64,000 bases of DNA, taken from contig OZ176052.1 in NCBI GenBank assembly GCA_964247055.1, forward strand, positions 14,198,001-14,262,000, in the 5' to 3' direction. A program made the position numbers and the translations under genes. Below, one piece after another: positions 1-13,300 of the stretch. Every line of letters begins with the position of its first letter. Positions within the stretch are counted from its first letter, which is position 1. Below the pieces are notes generated by a model that saw only the letters and a list, made by a program, of their open reading frames with translations, had not been told where the DNA came from and searched no databases. The stretch comes from Paragordius varius (Eukaryota; Animalia; Nematomorpha).

Positions 1-12
1 TCGTATAAAATA

Positions 13-36
13 AATTTTTTAAATATTTAAAAAATT
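13..36. other. Perfect 24-bp all-A/T palindrome AATTTTTTAAATATTTAAAAAATT (first copy shown; at monomer positions 13-36 in most monomers)
   Basis: The sequence AA-T6-AAA-TA-TTT-A6-TT equals its own reverse complement. A common variant has T5 instead of T6. Confidence 0.95.
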
Positions 37-271
37 CATAAAAATTACATTTATACTCCGATCTCGAAAATATTTGGGTGATGATGGAACTACCATAGGG
101 CTACCCAAAAAAAATTATGGTGACATCACCTGATCAAATTTGGATTTTAGGTAGCAATTTTTATTTTTAAAATCGTATAAAATAAATTTTTTAAATATTT
201 AAAAAATTCATAAAAGTTACATTTATAGTCCGATCCCCAAAATATTTGTGGTGATGATGGAACTACCATAG

Positions 272-329
272 GGCTACCCAAAAAAAATTATGGTGACATC
301 ACCTGATCAAATTTGGATTTTAGGTAGCC
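272..329. other. Nested imperfect inverted repeat in the GC-richer half of each monomer (example copy)
   Basis: The outer arms GGCTACCCAAAA (272-283) and TTTTAGGTAGCC (318-329) are complementary at 11 of 12 positions. The inner hairpin GGTGA-CA-TCACC lies at 292-303. Short palindromes TGATCA and CAAATTTG sit between them. Confidence 0.85.
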
Positions 330-2229
330 ATTTTTATTTTTAAAATCGTATAAAATAAATTTTTTAAATATTTAAAAAATTCAAAAAAATTACATTTAGA
401 CTCCGATCTCGACAATATTTGGGGTGATGATGGAATTACCATAGGGCTACCCAAAAAAAATTATGGTGACATCACCTGATCAAATTTGGATTTTAGGTAG
501 CCATTTTTATTTTTAAAATCGTATAAAATAAATTTTTTAAATATTTAAAAAATTCATAAAAATTACATTTATACTCCGACCTCGAAAATATTTGGGGTGA
601 TGATGGAACAACCATAGGGCTACGCAAAAAAAATTATGGCGACATCACCTGATCAAATTTGGATTGTAGCCATTTTTATTTTTAAAATCGTATAAAATAA
701 ATTTTTTAAATATTTAAAAAATTCAAAAAAATTACATTTATACTCCGATCTCGAAAATATTTGGGGTGATGATGGAACTACCATAGGGCTACCCCAAAAA
801 AATTATGGCGACATCACCTGATCAAATTTGGATTTTAGGTAGCCACTTTTATTTTTAAAATCGTATAAAATAAATTTTTAAATATTTAAAAAATTCATAA
901 AAATTACATTTATACTCCGATCTCGAAAATATTTGGGGTGATGATGGAACTACCATAGGGCTACCCAAAAAAAATTATAATGACATCACCTGATCAAATT
1001 TGGATTTTAGGTAGCCATTTTTATTTTAAAAATCGTATAAAATAAATTTTTTAAATATTTAAAAAATTCATAAAAATTACATTTATAGTCCGATCCCCAA
1101 AATATTTGGGGTGATGATGGAACAACCATACGGCTACGCAAAAAAAATTATGGCGACATCACCTGATCAAATTTGGATTTTAGGTAGCCATTTTTATTTT
1201 TAAAATCGTATAAAATAAATTTTTTAAATATTTAAAAAATTCAAAAAAAATTACATTTATACTCCGATCTCGAAAATATTTGGGGTGATGATGGAACTAC
1301 CATAGGGCTACCCAAAAAAAATTATGGTGACATCACCTGATCAAATTTGGATTTTAGGTAGCCATTTTTATTTTTAAAATCGTATAAAATAAATTTTTTA
1401 AATATTTAAAAAATTCAAAAAAATTACATTTATACTCCGATCTCGACAATATTTGGGTTGATGATGGAACTACCATAGGGCTACCCAAAAAAAATTATGG
1501 TGACATCACCTGATCAAATTTGGATTTTAGGTAGCCATTTTTATTTTTAATATCGTATAAAATAAATTTTTTAAATATTTAAAAAATTCATAAAAATTAC
1601 ATTTATACTCCGATCTCGACAATATTTGGGGTGATGATGTAACTACCATAGGGCTACCCAAAAAAATTTATGGTGACATCACCTGATCAAATTTGGATTC
1701 TAGGTAGCCATTTTTATTTTTAAAATCGTATAAAATAAATTTTTTAAATATTTAAAAAATTCATAAAAATTACATTTATACTCCGATCTCGAAAATATTT
1801 GGGTGATGATGGAACTACCATAGGGCTACCCAAAAAAAATTATGGTGACATCACCTGATCAAATTTGGATTTTAGGTAGCAATTTTTATTTTTAAAATCG
1901 TATAAAATAAATTTTTTAAATATTTAAAAAATTCATAAAAATTACATTTATAGTCCGATCCCCAAAATATTTGGGGTGATGATGGAACAACCATAGGGCT
2001 ACGCAAAAAAAATTATGGCGACATCACCTGATCAAATTTGGATTTTAGGTAGCCATTTTTATTTTTAAAATCGTATAAAATAAATTTTTTAAATATTTAA
2101 AAAATTCAAAAAAAATTACATTTATACTCCGATCTCGAAAATATTTGGGGTGATGATGGAACTACCATAGGGCTACCCAAACAAAATTATAGTGACATCA
2201 CCTGATCAAATTTGGATTTTAGGTAGCCA

Positions 2230-2299
2230 TTTTTATTTTTAAAATCGTATAAAATAAATTTTTTAAATATTTAAAAAATTCATAAAAATTACATTTATA
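2230..2299. other. 70-bp approximately 94% AT, A/T-tract-rich segment spanning each monomer junction (example copy)
   Basis: Monomer positions 159-173 plus 1-55 contain only 4 G/C. The remaining 103 bp contain 41 G/C (about 40%). Confidence 0.9.
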
Positions 2300-3627
2300 G
2301 TCCGATCCCCAAAATATTTGGGGTGATGATGGAACTACCATAGGGCTACCCAAAAAAAATTATGGTGACATCACCTGATCAAATTTGGATTTTAGGTAGC
2401 CATTTTTATTTTTAAAATCGTATAAAATAAATTTTTTAAATATTTAAAAAATTCATAAAAATTACATTTATAGTCCGATCCCCAAAATATTTGGGGTGAT
2501 GATGGAATTACCATAGGGCTACCCAAAAAAAATTATGGTGACATCACCTGATCAAATTTGGATTTTAGGTAGCCATTTTTATTTTTAATATCGTATAAAA
2601 TAAATTTTTTAAATATTTAAAAAATTCATAAAAATTACATTTATACTCCGATCTCGACAATATTTGGGGTGATGATGGAACTACCATAGGGCTACCCAAA
2701 AAAAATTATGGTGACATCACCTGATCAAATTTGGATTCTAGGTAGCCATTTTTATTTTTAAAATCGTATAAAATAAATTTTTTAAATATTTAAAAAATTC
2801 ATAAAAATTACATTTATACTCCGATCTCGAAAATATTTGGGTGATGATGGAACTACCATAGGGCTACCCAAAAAAAATTATGGTGACATCACCTGATCAA
2901 ATTTGGATTTTAGGTAGCAATTTTTATTTTTAAAATCGTATAAAATAAATTTTTTAAATATTTAAAAAATTCATAAAAGTTACATTTATAGTCCGATCCC
3001 CAAAATATTTGTGGTGATGATGGAACTACCATAGGGCTACCCAAAAAAAATTATGGTGACATCACCTGATCAAATTTGGATTTTAGGTAGCCATTTTTAT
3101 TTTTAAAATCGTATAAAATAAATTTTTTAAATATTTAAAAAATTCAAAAAAATTACATTTAGACTCCGATCTCGACAATATTTGGGGTGATGATGGAATT
3201 ACCATAGGGCTACCCAAAAAAAATTATGGTGACATCACCTGATCAAATTTGGATTTTAGGTAGCCATTTTTATTTTTAAAATCGTATAAAATAAATTTTT
3301 TAAATATTTAAAAAATTCATAAAAATTACATTTATACTCCGACCTCGAAAATATTTGGGGTGATGATGGAACAACCATAGGGCTACGCAAAAAAAATTAT
3401 GGCGACATCACCTGATCAAATTTGGATTTTAGGTAGCCATTTTTATTTTTAAAATCGTATAAAATAAATTTTTTAAATATTTAAAAAATTCAAAAAAATT
3501 ACATTTATACTCCGATCTCGAAAATATTTGGGGTGATGATGGAACTACCATAGGGCTACCCAAAAAAAATTATGGCGACATCACCTGATCAAATTTGGAT
3601 TTTAGGTAGCCACTTTTATTTTTAAAA

Positions 3628-6600
3628 TCGTATAAAATAAATTTTTTAAATATTTAAAAAATTCATAAAAATTACATTTATACTCCGATCTCGACAATAT
3701 TTGGGGTGATGATGGAACTATCATAGGGCTACCCAAAAAAAATTATAGTGACATCACCTGATCAAATTTGGATTTTAGGTAGCCATTTTTATTTTTAAAA
3801 TCGAATAAATTAAAATTTTTAAATATTTAAAAAATTCATAAAAATTACATTTATAGTCCGATCCCCAAAATATTTGGGGTGATGATGGAACAACCATAGG
3901 GCTACGCAAAAAAAATTATGGCGACATCACCTGATCAAATTTGGATTTAAGGTAGCCATTTTTATTTTTAAAATCGTATAAAATAAATTTTTTAAATATT
4001 TAAAAAATTCAAAAAAATTACATTTATACTCCGATCTTGAAAATATTTGGGGTGATGATGGAACTACCATAGGGCTACCCAAAAAAAATTATAGTGACAT
4101 CACCTGATCAAATTTGGATTTTAGGTAGCCATTTTTATTTTTAAAATCGTATAAAATAAATTTTTAAATATTTAAAAAATTTATAAAAATTACATTTATA
4201 GTCCGATCCCCAAAATATTTGGGGTGATGATGGAACAACCATAGGGCTACGCAAAAAAAATTATGGCGACATCACCTGATCAAATTTGGATTTTAGGTAG
4301 CCATTTTTATTTTTAAAATCGTATAAAATAAATTTTTTAAATATTTAAAAAATTCAAAAAAATTACATTTATACTCCGATCTCGAAAATATTTGGGGTGA
4401 TGATGGAACTACCATAGGGTTACCAAAAAAAATTATGGCGACATCACCTGATCAAATTTGGATTTTAGGTAGCCATTTTTATTTTTAAAATCGTATAAAA
4501 TAAATTTTTAAATATTTAAAAAATTCATAAAAATTACATTTATACTCCGATCTCGAAAATATTTGGGGTGATGATGGAACTACCATAGGGCTACCCAAAA
4601 AAAATTATAGTGACATCACCTGATCAAATTTGGATTTTAGGTAGCCATTTTTATTTTTAAAATCGTATAAAATAAATTTTTTAAATATTTAAAAAATTCA
4701 TAAAAATTACATTTATAGTCCGATCCCCAAAATATTTGGGGTGATGATGGAACAACCATAGGGCTACGCAAAAAAAATTATGGCGACATCACCTGATCAA
4801 ATTTGGATTTTAGGTAGCCATTTTTATTTTTAAAATCGTATAAAATAAATTTTTTAAATATTTAAAAAATTCAAAAAAATTACATTTATACTCCGATCTC
4901 GAAAATATTTGGGGTGATGATGGAACTACCATAGGGTTACCAAAAAAAACTATGGCGACATCACCTGATCAAATTTGGATTTTAGGTAGCCATTTTTATT
5001 TTTAAAATCGTATAAAATAAATTTTTAAATATTTAAAAAATTCATAAAAATTACATTTATACTCCGATCTCGAAAATATTTGGGGTAATGATTGAACTAC
5101 CATAGGGCTACCCAAAAAAAATTATAGTGACATCACCTGATCAAATTTGGATTTTAGGTAGCCATTTTTATTTTTAAAATCGTATAAAATAAATTTTTTA
5201 AATATTTAAAAAATTCATAAAAATTACATTTATAGTCCGATCCCCAAAATATTTGGGGTGATGATGGAATTACCATAGGGCTACCCAAAAAAAATTATGG
5301 TGACATCACCTGATCAAATTTGGATTTTAGGTAGCCATTTTTATTTTTAATATCGTATAAAATAAATTTTTTAAATATTTAAAAAATTCATAAAAATTAC
5401 ATTTATACTCCGATCTCGACAATATTTGGGGTGATGATGGAACTACCATAGGGCTACCCAAAAAAAATTATAGTGACATCACCTGATCAAATTTGGATTT
5501 TAGGTAGCCATTTTTATTTTTAAAATCGTATAAAATAAATTTTTTAAATATTGAAAAAAATTCATAAAAATTACATTTATAGTCCGATCCCCAAAATATT
5601 TGGGGTGATGATGGAACAACCATCCGGCTACGCAAAAAAAATTATGGCGACTCACCTGATCAAATTTGGATTTTAGGTAGCCATTTTTATTTTTAAAATC
5701 GTATAAAATAAATTTTTTAAATATTTAAAAAATTCAAAAAAAATTACATTTATACTCCGATCTCGAAAATATTTGGGGTGATGATGGAACTACCATAGGG
5801 CTACCCAAAAAAAATTATGGCGACATCACCTGATCAAATTTGGATTTTAGGTAGCCATTTTTATTTTTAAAATCGTATAAAATAAATTTTTAAATATTTA
5901 AAAAATTCATAAAAATTACATTTATACTCCGATCTCGAAAATATTTGGGGTAATGATTGAACTACCATAGGGCTACCCAAACAAAATTATAGTGACATCA
6001 CCTGATCAAATTTGGATTTTAGGTAGCCATTTTTATTTTTAAAATCGTATAAAATAAATTTTTTAAATATTTAAAAAATTCATAAAAATTACATTTATAC
6101 TCCGATCTCGAAAATATTTGGGGTAATGATGGAACTACCATAGGGCTACCCAAAAAAAATTATAGTGACATCACCTGATCAAATTTGGATTTTAGGTAGC
6201 CATTTTTATTTTTAAAATCGTATAAAATAAATTTTTAAATATTTAAAAAATTCATAAAAATTACATTTATACTCCGATCTCGAAAATATTTGGGGTGATG
6301 ATGGAACTACCATAGGGCTACCCAAAAAAAATTATAGTGACATCACCTGATCAAATTTGGATTTTAGGTAGCCATTTTTATTTTTAAATTCGTATAAAAT
6401 AAATTTTTTAAATATTTAAAAAATTCATAAAAATTACATTTATAGTCCGATCCCCAAAATATTTGGGGTGATGATGGAATTACCATAGGGCTACCCAAAA
6501 AAAATTATGGTGACATCACCTGATCAAATTTGGATTTTAGGTAGCCATTTTTATTTTTAAAATCGTATAAAATAAATTTTTTAAATATTTAAAAAATTCA

Positions 6601-7310
6601 TAAAAATTACATTTATACTCCGATCTCGAAAATATTTGGGGTAATGATGGAACTACCATAGGGCTACCCAAAAAAAATTATAGTGACATCACCTGATCAA
6701 ATTTGGATTTTAGGTAGCCATTTTTATTTTTAAAATCGTATAAAATAAATTTTTTAAATATTTAAAAAATTCATAAAAATTACATTTATACTCCGATCTC
6801 GACAATATTTGGGGTGATGATGGAACTATCATAGGGCTACCCAAAAAAATTATAGTGACATCACCTGATCAAATTTGGATTTTAGGTAGCCATTTTTATT
6901 TTTAAAATCGAATAAATTAAAATTTTTAAATATTTAAAAAATTCATAAAAATTACATTTATAGTCCGATCCCCAAAATATTTGGGGTGATGATGGAACAA
7001 CCATAGGGCTACGCAAAAAAAATTATGGCGACATCACCTGATCAAATTTGGATTTAAGGTAGCCATTTTTATTTTTAAAATCGTATAAAATAAATTTTTT
7101 AAATATTTAAAAAATTCAAAAAAATTACATTTATACTCCGATCTTGAAAATATTTGGGGTGATGATGGAACTACCATAGGGCTACCCAAAAAAAATTATA
7201 GTGACATCACCTGATCAAATTTGGATTTTAGGTAGCCATTTTTATTTTTAAAATCGTATAAAATAAATTTTTTAAATATTTAAAAAATTTATAAAAATTA
7301 CATTTATAGT
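3628..7310. repeat. Dispersed duplication of a block of about 3-4 monomers (3628-4200 vs 6736-7310; offset about 3107 bp = 18 monomers)
   Basis: Rare markers are shared in the same order: CTATCAT, TCGAATAAATTAAAATTTT (3804/6911), GGATTTAAGG, GATCTTGAA (4038/7145) and ATTTATAAAAA. Confidence 0.85.
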
Positions 7311-10300
7311 CCGATCTCGAAAATATTTGGGGTGATGATGGAACTACCATAGGGCTACCCAAAAAAAATTATGGCGACATCACCTGATCAAATTTGGATT
7401 TTAGGTAGCCATTTTTATTTTTAAAATCGTTAAAATAAATTTTTAAATATTTAAAAAATTCATAAAAATTACATTTATACTCCGATCTCGAAAATATTTG
7501 GGGTGATGATGGAACTACCATAGGGCTACCCAAAAAAAATTATAGTGACATCACCTGATCAAATTTGGATTTTAGGTAGCCATTTTTATTTTTAAAATCG
7601 TATAAAATAAATTTTTTAAATATTTAAAAAATTCATAAAAATTACATTTATAGTCCGATCCCCAAAATATTTGGGGTGATGATGGAACAACCATACGGCT
7701 ACGCAAAAAAAATTATGGCGACATCACCTGATCAAATTTGGATTTTAGGTAGCCATTTTTATTTTTAAAATCGTATAAAATAAATTTTTTAAATATTTAA
7801 AAAATTCAAAAAAAATTACATTTATACTCCGATCTCGAAAATATTTGGGGTGATGATGGAACTACCATAGGGCTACCCAAAAAAAATTATGGTGACATCA
7901 CCTGATCAAATTTGGATTTTAGGTAGCCATTTTTATTTTTAAAATCGTATAAAATAAATTTTTTAAATGTTTAAAAAATTCAAAAAAATTACATTTATAC
8001 TCCGATCTCGACAATATTTGGGGTGATGATGGAACTACCATAGGGCTACCCAAAAAAAATTATAGTGACATCACCTGATCAAATTTGGATTTTAGGTTGC
8101 CATTTTTATTTTTAAAATCGTATAAAATAAATTTTTTAAATATTTAAAAAATTCATAAAAATTACATTTATACTCCGATCTCGAAAATATATGGGGTGAT
8201 GATGGAACTACCATAGGGCTACCCAAAAAAAATTATGGTGACATCACCTGATCAAATTTGGATTCTAGGTAGCCATTTTTATTTTTAAAATCGTATAAAA
8301 TAAATTTTTTAAATATTTAAAAAATTCATAAAAATTACATTTATACTCCGATCTCGAAAATATTTGGGTGATGATGGAACTACCATAGGGCTACCCAAAA
8401 AAAATTATGGTGACATCACCTGATCAAATTTGGATTTTAGGTAGATATTTTTATTTTTAAAATCGTATAAAATAAATTTTTTAAATATTTAAAAAATTCA
8501 TAAAAGTTACATTTATAGTCCGATCCCCAAAATATTTGTGGTGATGATGGAACTACCATAGGGCTACCCAAAAAAAATTATGGTGACATCACCTGATCAA
8601 ATTTGGATTTTAGGTAGCCATTTTTATTTTTAAAATCGTATAAAATAAATTTATTAAATATTTAAAAAATTCAAAAAAATTACATTTATACTCCGATCTC
8701 GACAATATTTGGGGTGATGATGGAATTACCATAGGGCTACCCAAAAAAAATTATGGTGACATCACCTGATCAAATTTGGATTTTAGGTAGCCATTTTTAT
8801 TTTTAAAATCGTATAAAATAAATTTTTTAAATATTTAAAAAATTCATAAAAATTACATTTATACTCCGACCTCGAAAATATTTGGGGTGATGATGGAACA
8901 ACCATAGGGCTACGCAAAAAAAATTATGGCGACATCACCTGATCAAATTTAGATTTTAGGTAGCCATTTTTATTTTTAAAATCGTATAAAATAAATTTTT
9001 TAAATATTTAAAAAATTCATAAAAATTACATTTATAGTCCGATCCCCAAAATATTTGGGGTGATGATGGAATTACCATAGGGCTACCCAAAAAAAATTAT
9101 GGTGACATCACCTGATCAAATTTGGATTCTAGGTAGCCATTTTTATTTTTAAAATCGTATAAAATAAATTTTTTAAATATTTAAAAAATTCAAAAAAAAT
9201 TACATTTATACTCCGATCTCGAAAATATTTGGGGTGATGATGGAACTACCATAGGGCTACCCAAACAAAATTATAGTGACATCACCTGATCAAATTTGGA
9301 TTTTAGGTAGCCATTTTTATTTTTAAAATCGTATAAAATAAATTTTTTAAATATTTAAAAAATTCATAAAAATTACATTTATACTCCGATCTCGACAATA
9401 TTTGGGGTGATGATGGAACTACCATAGGGCTACCCAAAAAAAATTATGGTGACATCACCTGATCAAATTTGGATTTTAGGTTGCCATTTTTATTTTTAAA
9501 ATCGTATAAAATAAATTTTTTAAATATTTAAAAAATTCATAAAAATTACATTTATACTCCGATCTCGAAAATATTTGGGGTGATGATGGAACTACCATAG
9601 GGCTACCCAAAAAAAATTATAGTGACATCACCTGATCAAATTTGGATTTTAGGTAGCCATTTTTATTTTTAAAATCGTATAAAATAAATTTTTTAAATAT
9701 TTAAAAAATTCATAAAAATTACATTTATAGTCCGATCCCCAAAATATTTGGGGTGATGATGGAATTACCATAGGGCTACCCAAAAAAAATTATGGTGACA
9801 TCACCTGATCAAATTTGGATTTTAGGTAGCCATTTTTATTTTTAATATCGTATAAAATAAATTTTTTAAATATTTAAAAAATTCATAAAAATTACATTTA
9901 TACTCCGATCTCGACAATATTTGGGGTGATGATGGAACTACCATAGGGCTACCCAAAAAAAATTATGGTGACATCACCTGATCAAATTTGGATTCTAGGT
10001 AGCCATTTTTATTTTTAAAATCGTATAAAATAAATTTTTTAAATATTTAAAAAATTCATAAAAATTACATTTATACTCCGATCTCGAAAATATTTGGGTG
10101 ATGATGGAACTACCATAGGGCTACCCAAAAAAAATTATGGTGACATCACCTGATCAAATTTGGATTTTAGGTAGCAATTTTTATTTTTAAAATCGTATAA
10201 AATAAATTTTTTAAATATTTAAAAAATTCATAAAAGTTACATTTATAGTCCGATCCCCAAAATATTTGTGGTGATGATGGAACTACCATAGGGCTACCCA

Positions 10301-13300
10301 AAAAAAATTATGGTGACATCACCTGATCAAATTTGGATTTTAGGTAGCCATTTTTATTTTTAAAATCGTATAAAATAAATTTTTTAAATATTTAAAAAAT
10401 TCAAAAAAATTACATTTAGACTCCGATCTCGACAATATTTGGGGTGATGATGGAATTACCATAGGGCTACCCAAAAAAAATTATGGTGACATCACCTGAT
10501 CAAATTTGGATTTTAGGTAGCCATTTTTATTTTTAAAATCGTATAAAATAAATTTTTTAAATATTTAAAAAATTCATAAAAATTACATTTATACTCCGAC
10601 CTCGAAAATATTTGGGGTGATGATGGAACAACCATAGGGCTACGCAAAAAAAATTATGGCGACATCACCTGATCAAATTTGGATTTTAGGTAGCCATTTT
10701 TATTTTTAAAATCGTATAAAATAAATTTTTTAAATATTTAAAAAATTCAAAAAAATTACATTTATACTCCGATCTCGAAAATATTTGGGGTGATGATGGA
10801 ACTACCATAGGGCTACCCAAAAAAAATTATGGCGACATCACCTGATCAAATTTGGATTTTAGGTAGCCACTTTTATTTTTAAAATCGTATAAAATAAATT
10901 TTTAAATATTTAAAAAATTCATAAAAATTACATTTATACTCCGATCTCGAAAATATTTGGGGTGATGATGGAACTACCATAGGGCTACCCAAAAAAAATT
11001 ATAATGACATCACCTGATCAAATTTGGATTTTAGGTAGCCATTTTTATTTTTAAAATCGTATAAAATAAATTTTTTAAATATTTAAAAAATTCATAAAAA
11101 TTACATTTATAGTCCGATCCCCAAAATATTTGGGGTGATGATGGAACAACCATACGGCTACGCAAAAAAAATTATGGCGACATCACCTGATCAAATTTGG
11201 ATTTTAGGTAGCCATTTTTATTTTTAAAATCGTATAAAATAAATTTTTTAAATATTTAAAAAATTCAAAAAAAATTACATTTATACTCCGATCTCGAAAA
11301 TATTTGGGGTGATGATGGAACTACCATAGGGCTACCCAAAAAAAATTATGGTGACATCACCTGATCAAATTTGGATTTTAGGTAGCCATTTTTATTTTTA
11401 AAATCGTATAAAATAAATTTTTTAAATATTTAAAAAATTCAAAAAAATTACATTTATACTCCGATCTCGACAATATTTGGGTTGATGATGGAACTACCAT
11501 AGGGCTACCCAAAAAAAATTATGGTGACATCACCTGATTAAATTTGGATTTTAGGTAGCCATTTTTATTTTTAAAATCGTATAAAATAAATTTTTTAAAT
11601 ATTTAAAAAATTCATAAAAATTACATTTATACTCCGATCTCGAAAATATTTGGGGTGATGATAGAACTACCATAGGGCTACCCAAAAAAATTATGGTGAC
11701 ATCACCTGATCAAATTTGGATTTTAGGTAGCCATTTTTATTTTTAAAATCGTATAAAATAAATTTTTTAAATATTTAAAAAATTCATAAAAATTACATTT
11801 ATAGTCCGATCCCCAAAATATTTGGGGTGATGATGGAACTACCATAGGGCTACCCAAAAAAAATTATGGTGACATCACCTGATCAAATTTGGATTTTAGG
11901 TAGCCATTTTTATTTTTAAAATCGTATAAAATAAATTTTTTAAATATTTAAAAAATTCATAAAAATTACATTTATACTCCGATCTCGAAAATATTTGGGG
12001 TGATGATGGAACTACCATAGGGCTACGCAAAAAAAATTATGGTGACATCACCTGATCAAATTTGGATTTTAGGTAGCCATTTTTATTTTTAAAATCGTAT
12101 AAAATAAATTTTTTAAATATTTAAAAAATTCAAAAAAATTACATTTATACTCCGATCTCGACAATATTTGGGGTGATGATGGAACTACCATAGGGCTACC
12201 CAAAAAAAATTATGGTGACATCACCTGATCAAATTTGGATTCTAGATAGCCATTTTTATTTTTAAAATCGTATAAAATAAATTTTTTAAATATTTAAAAA
12301 ATTCAAAAAAATTACATTTATACTCCGATCTCGACAATATTTGGGGTGATGATGGAACTACCATAGGGCTACCGAAAAAAATTTATGGTGACATCACCTG
12401 ATTAAATTTGGATTTTAGGTAGCCATTTTTATTTTTAAAATCGTATAAAATAAATTTTTTAAATATTTAAAAAATTCATAAAAGTTACATTATAGTCCGA
12501 TCCCCAAAATATTTGGGGTGATGATGGAACTACCATAGGGCTACCCAAAAAAAATTATGGTGACATCACCTGATCAAATTTGGATTTTAGGTAGCCATTT
12601 TTATTTTTAAAATCGTATAAAATAAATTTTTTAAATATTTAAAAAATTCATAAAAATTACATTTATAGTCCGATCCCCAAAATATTTGGGGTGATGATGG
12701 AACTACCATAGGGCTACCCAAAAAAATTATGGTGACATCACCTGATCAAATTTGGATTTTAGGTAGCCATTTTTATTTTTAAAATCGTATAAAATAAATT
12801 TTTTAAATATTTAAAAATTTCATAAAAATTACATTTATACTCCGATCTCGAAAATATTTGGGGTGATGATGGAACTACCATAGGGCTACGCAAAAAAAAT
12901 TATGGTGACATCACCTGATCAAATTTGGATTTTAGGTAGCCATTTTTATTTTTAAAATCGTATAAAATAAATTTTTTAAATATTTAAAAAATTCAAAAAA
13001 ATTACATTTATACTCCGATCTCGACAATATTTGGGGTGATGATGGAACTACCATAGGGCTACCCAAAAAAAATTATGGTGACATCACCTGATCAAATTTG
13101 GATTCTAGGTAGCCATTTTTATTTTTAAAATCGTATAAAATAAATTTTTTAAATATTTAAAAAATTCATAAAAATTACATTTATACTCCGATCTCGAAAA
13201 TATTTGGGGTGATGATGGAACTACCATAGGGCTACCCAAAAAAAATTATGGTGACATCACCTGATCAAATTTGGATTTTAGGTAGCCATTTTTATTTTTA

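Larger units (their letters stand above)
1..1725. repeat. Ancestral 10-monomer higher-order unit (about 1.73 kb); the same monomer order recurs at about 7427-8981, 9848-11576 and 12958-14687
   Basis: Order of diagnostic monomer types: plain; AAAGTT/TTTGTGG; TCGAC+GGAATT; CCGACC+CAACC+CGC; CAAAA+GGCG; T5; CCCC+CATACGG; long-A; TCGAC; GGATTCTA. Positions 1-1560 match 10021-11580 at offset 10020 (TAGACT at 399 and 10419). Confidence 0.75.

Noticed and set aside
146-151. TTAGG insect telomere motif within TTTTAGGTAG
   Set aside because: There is one pentamer per monomer and it is never tandem, so it is not a telomeric tract.
1-173. Primate alpha satellite or CENP-B box
   Set aside because: The length is similar, but I see no NTTCGNNNNANNCGGGN motif and no recognisable alpha-satellite sequence.
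272-329. Structured ncRNA, tRNA or rho-independent terminator
   Set aside because: There is no cloverleaf, variants break the stems without compensation, and there is no upstream gene or evidence of transcription.
13105-13227. Minus-strand 40-codon ORF (MVVPSSPQIFSRSEYKCNFYEFFKYLKNLFYTILKIKMAT) across monomer junctions
   Set aside because: It is short and broken by common 1-bp indels (T5, long-A, G deletion). I recognise no domain, and the 173-bp unit is not a multiple of 3.
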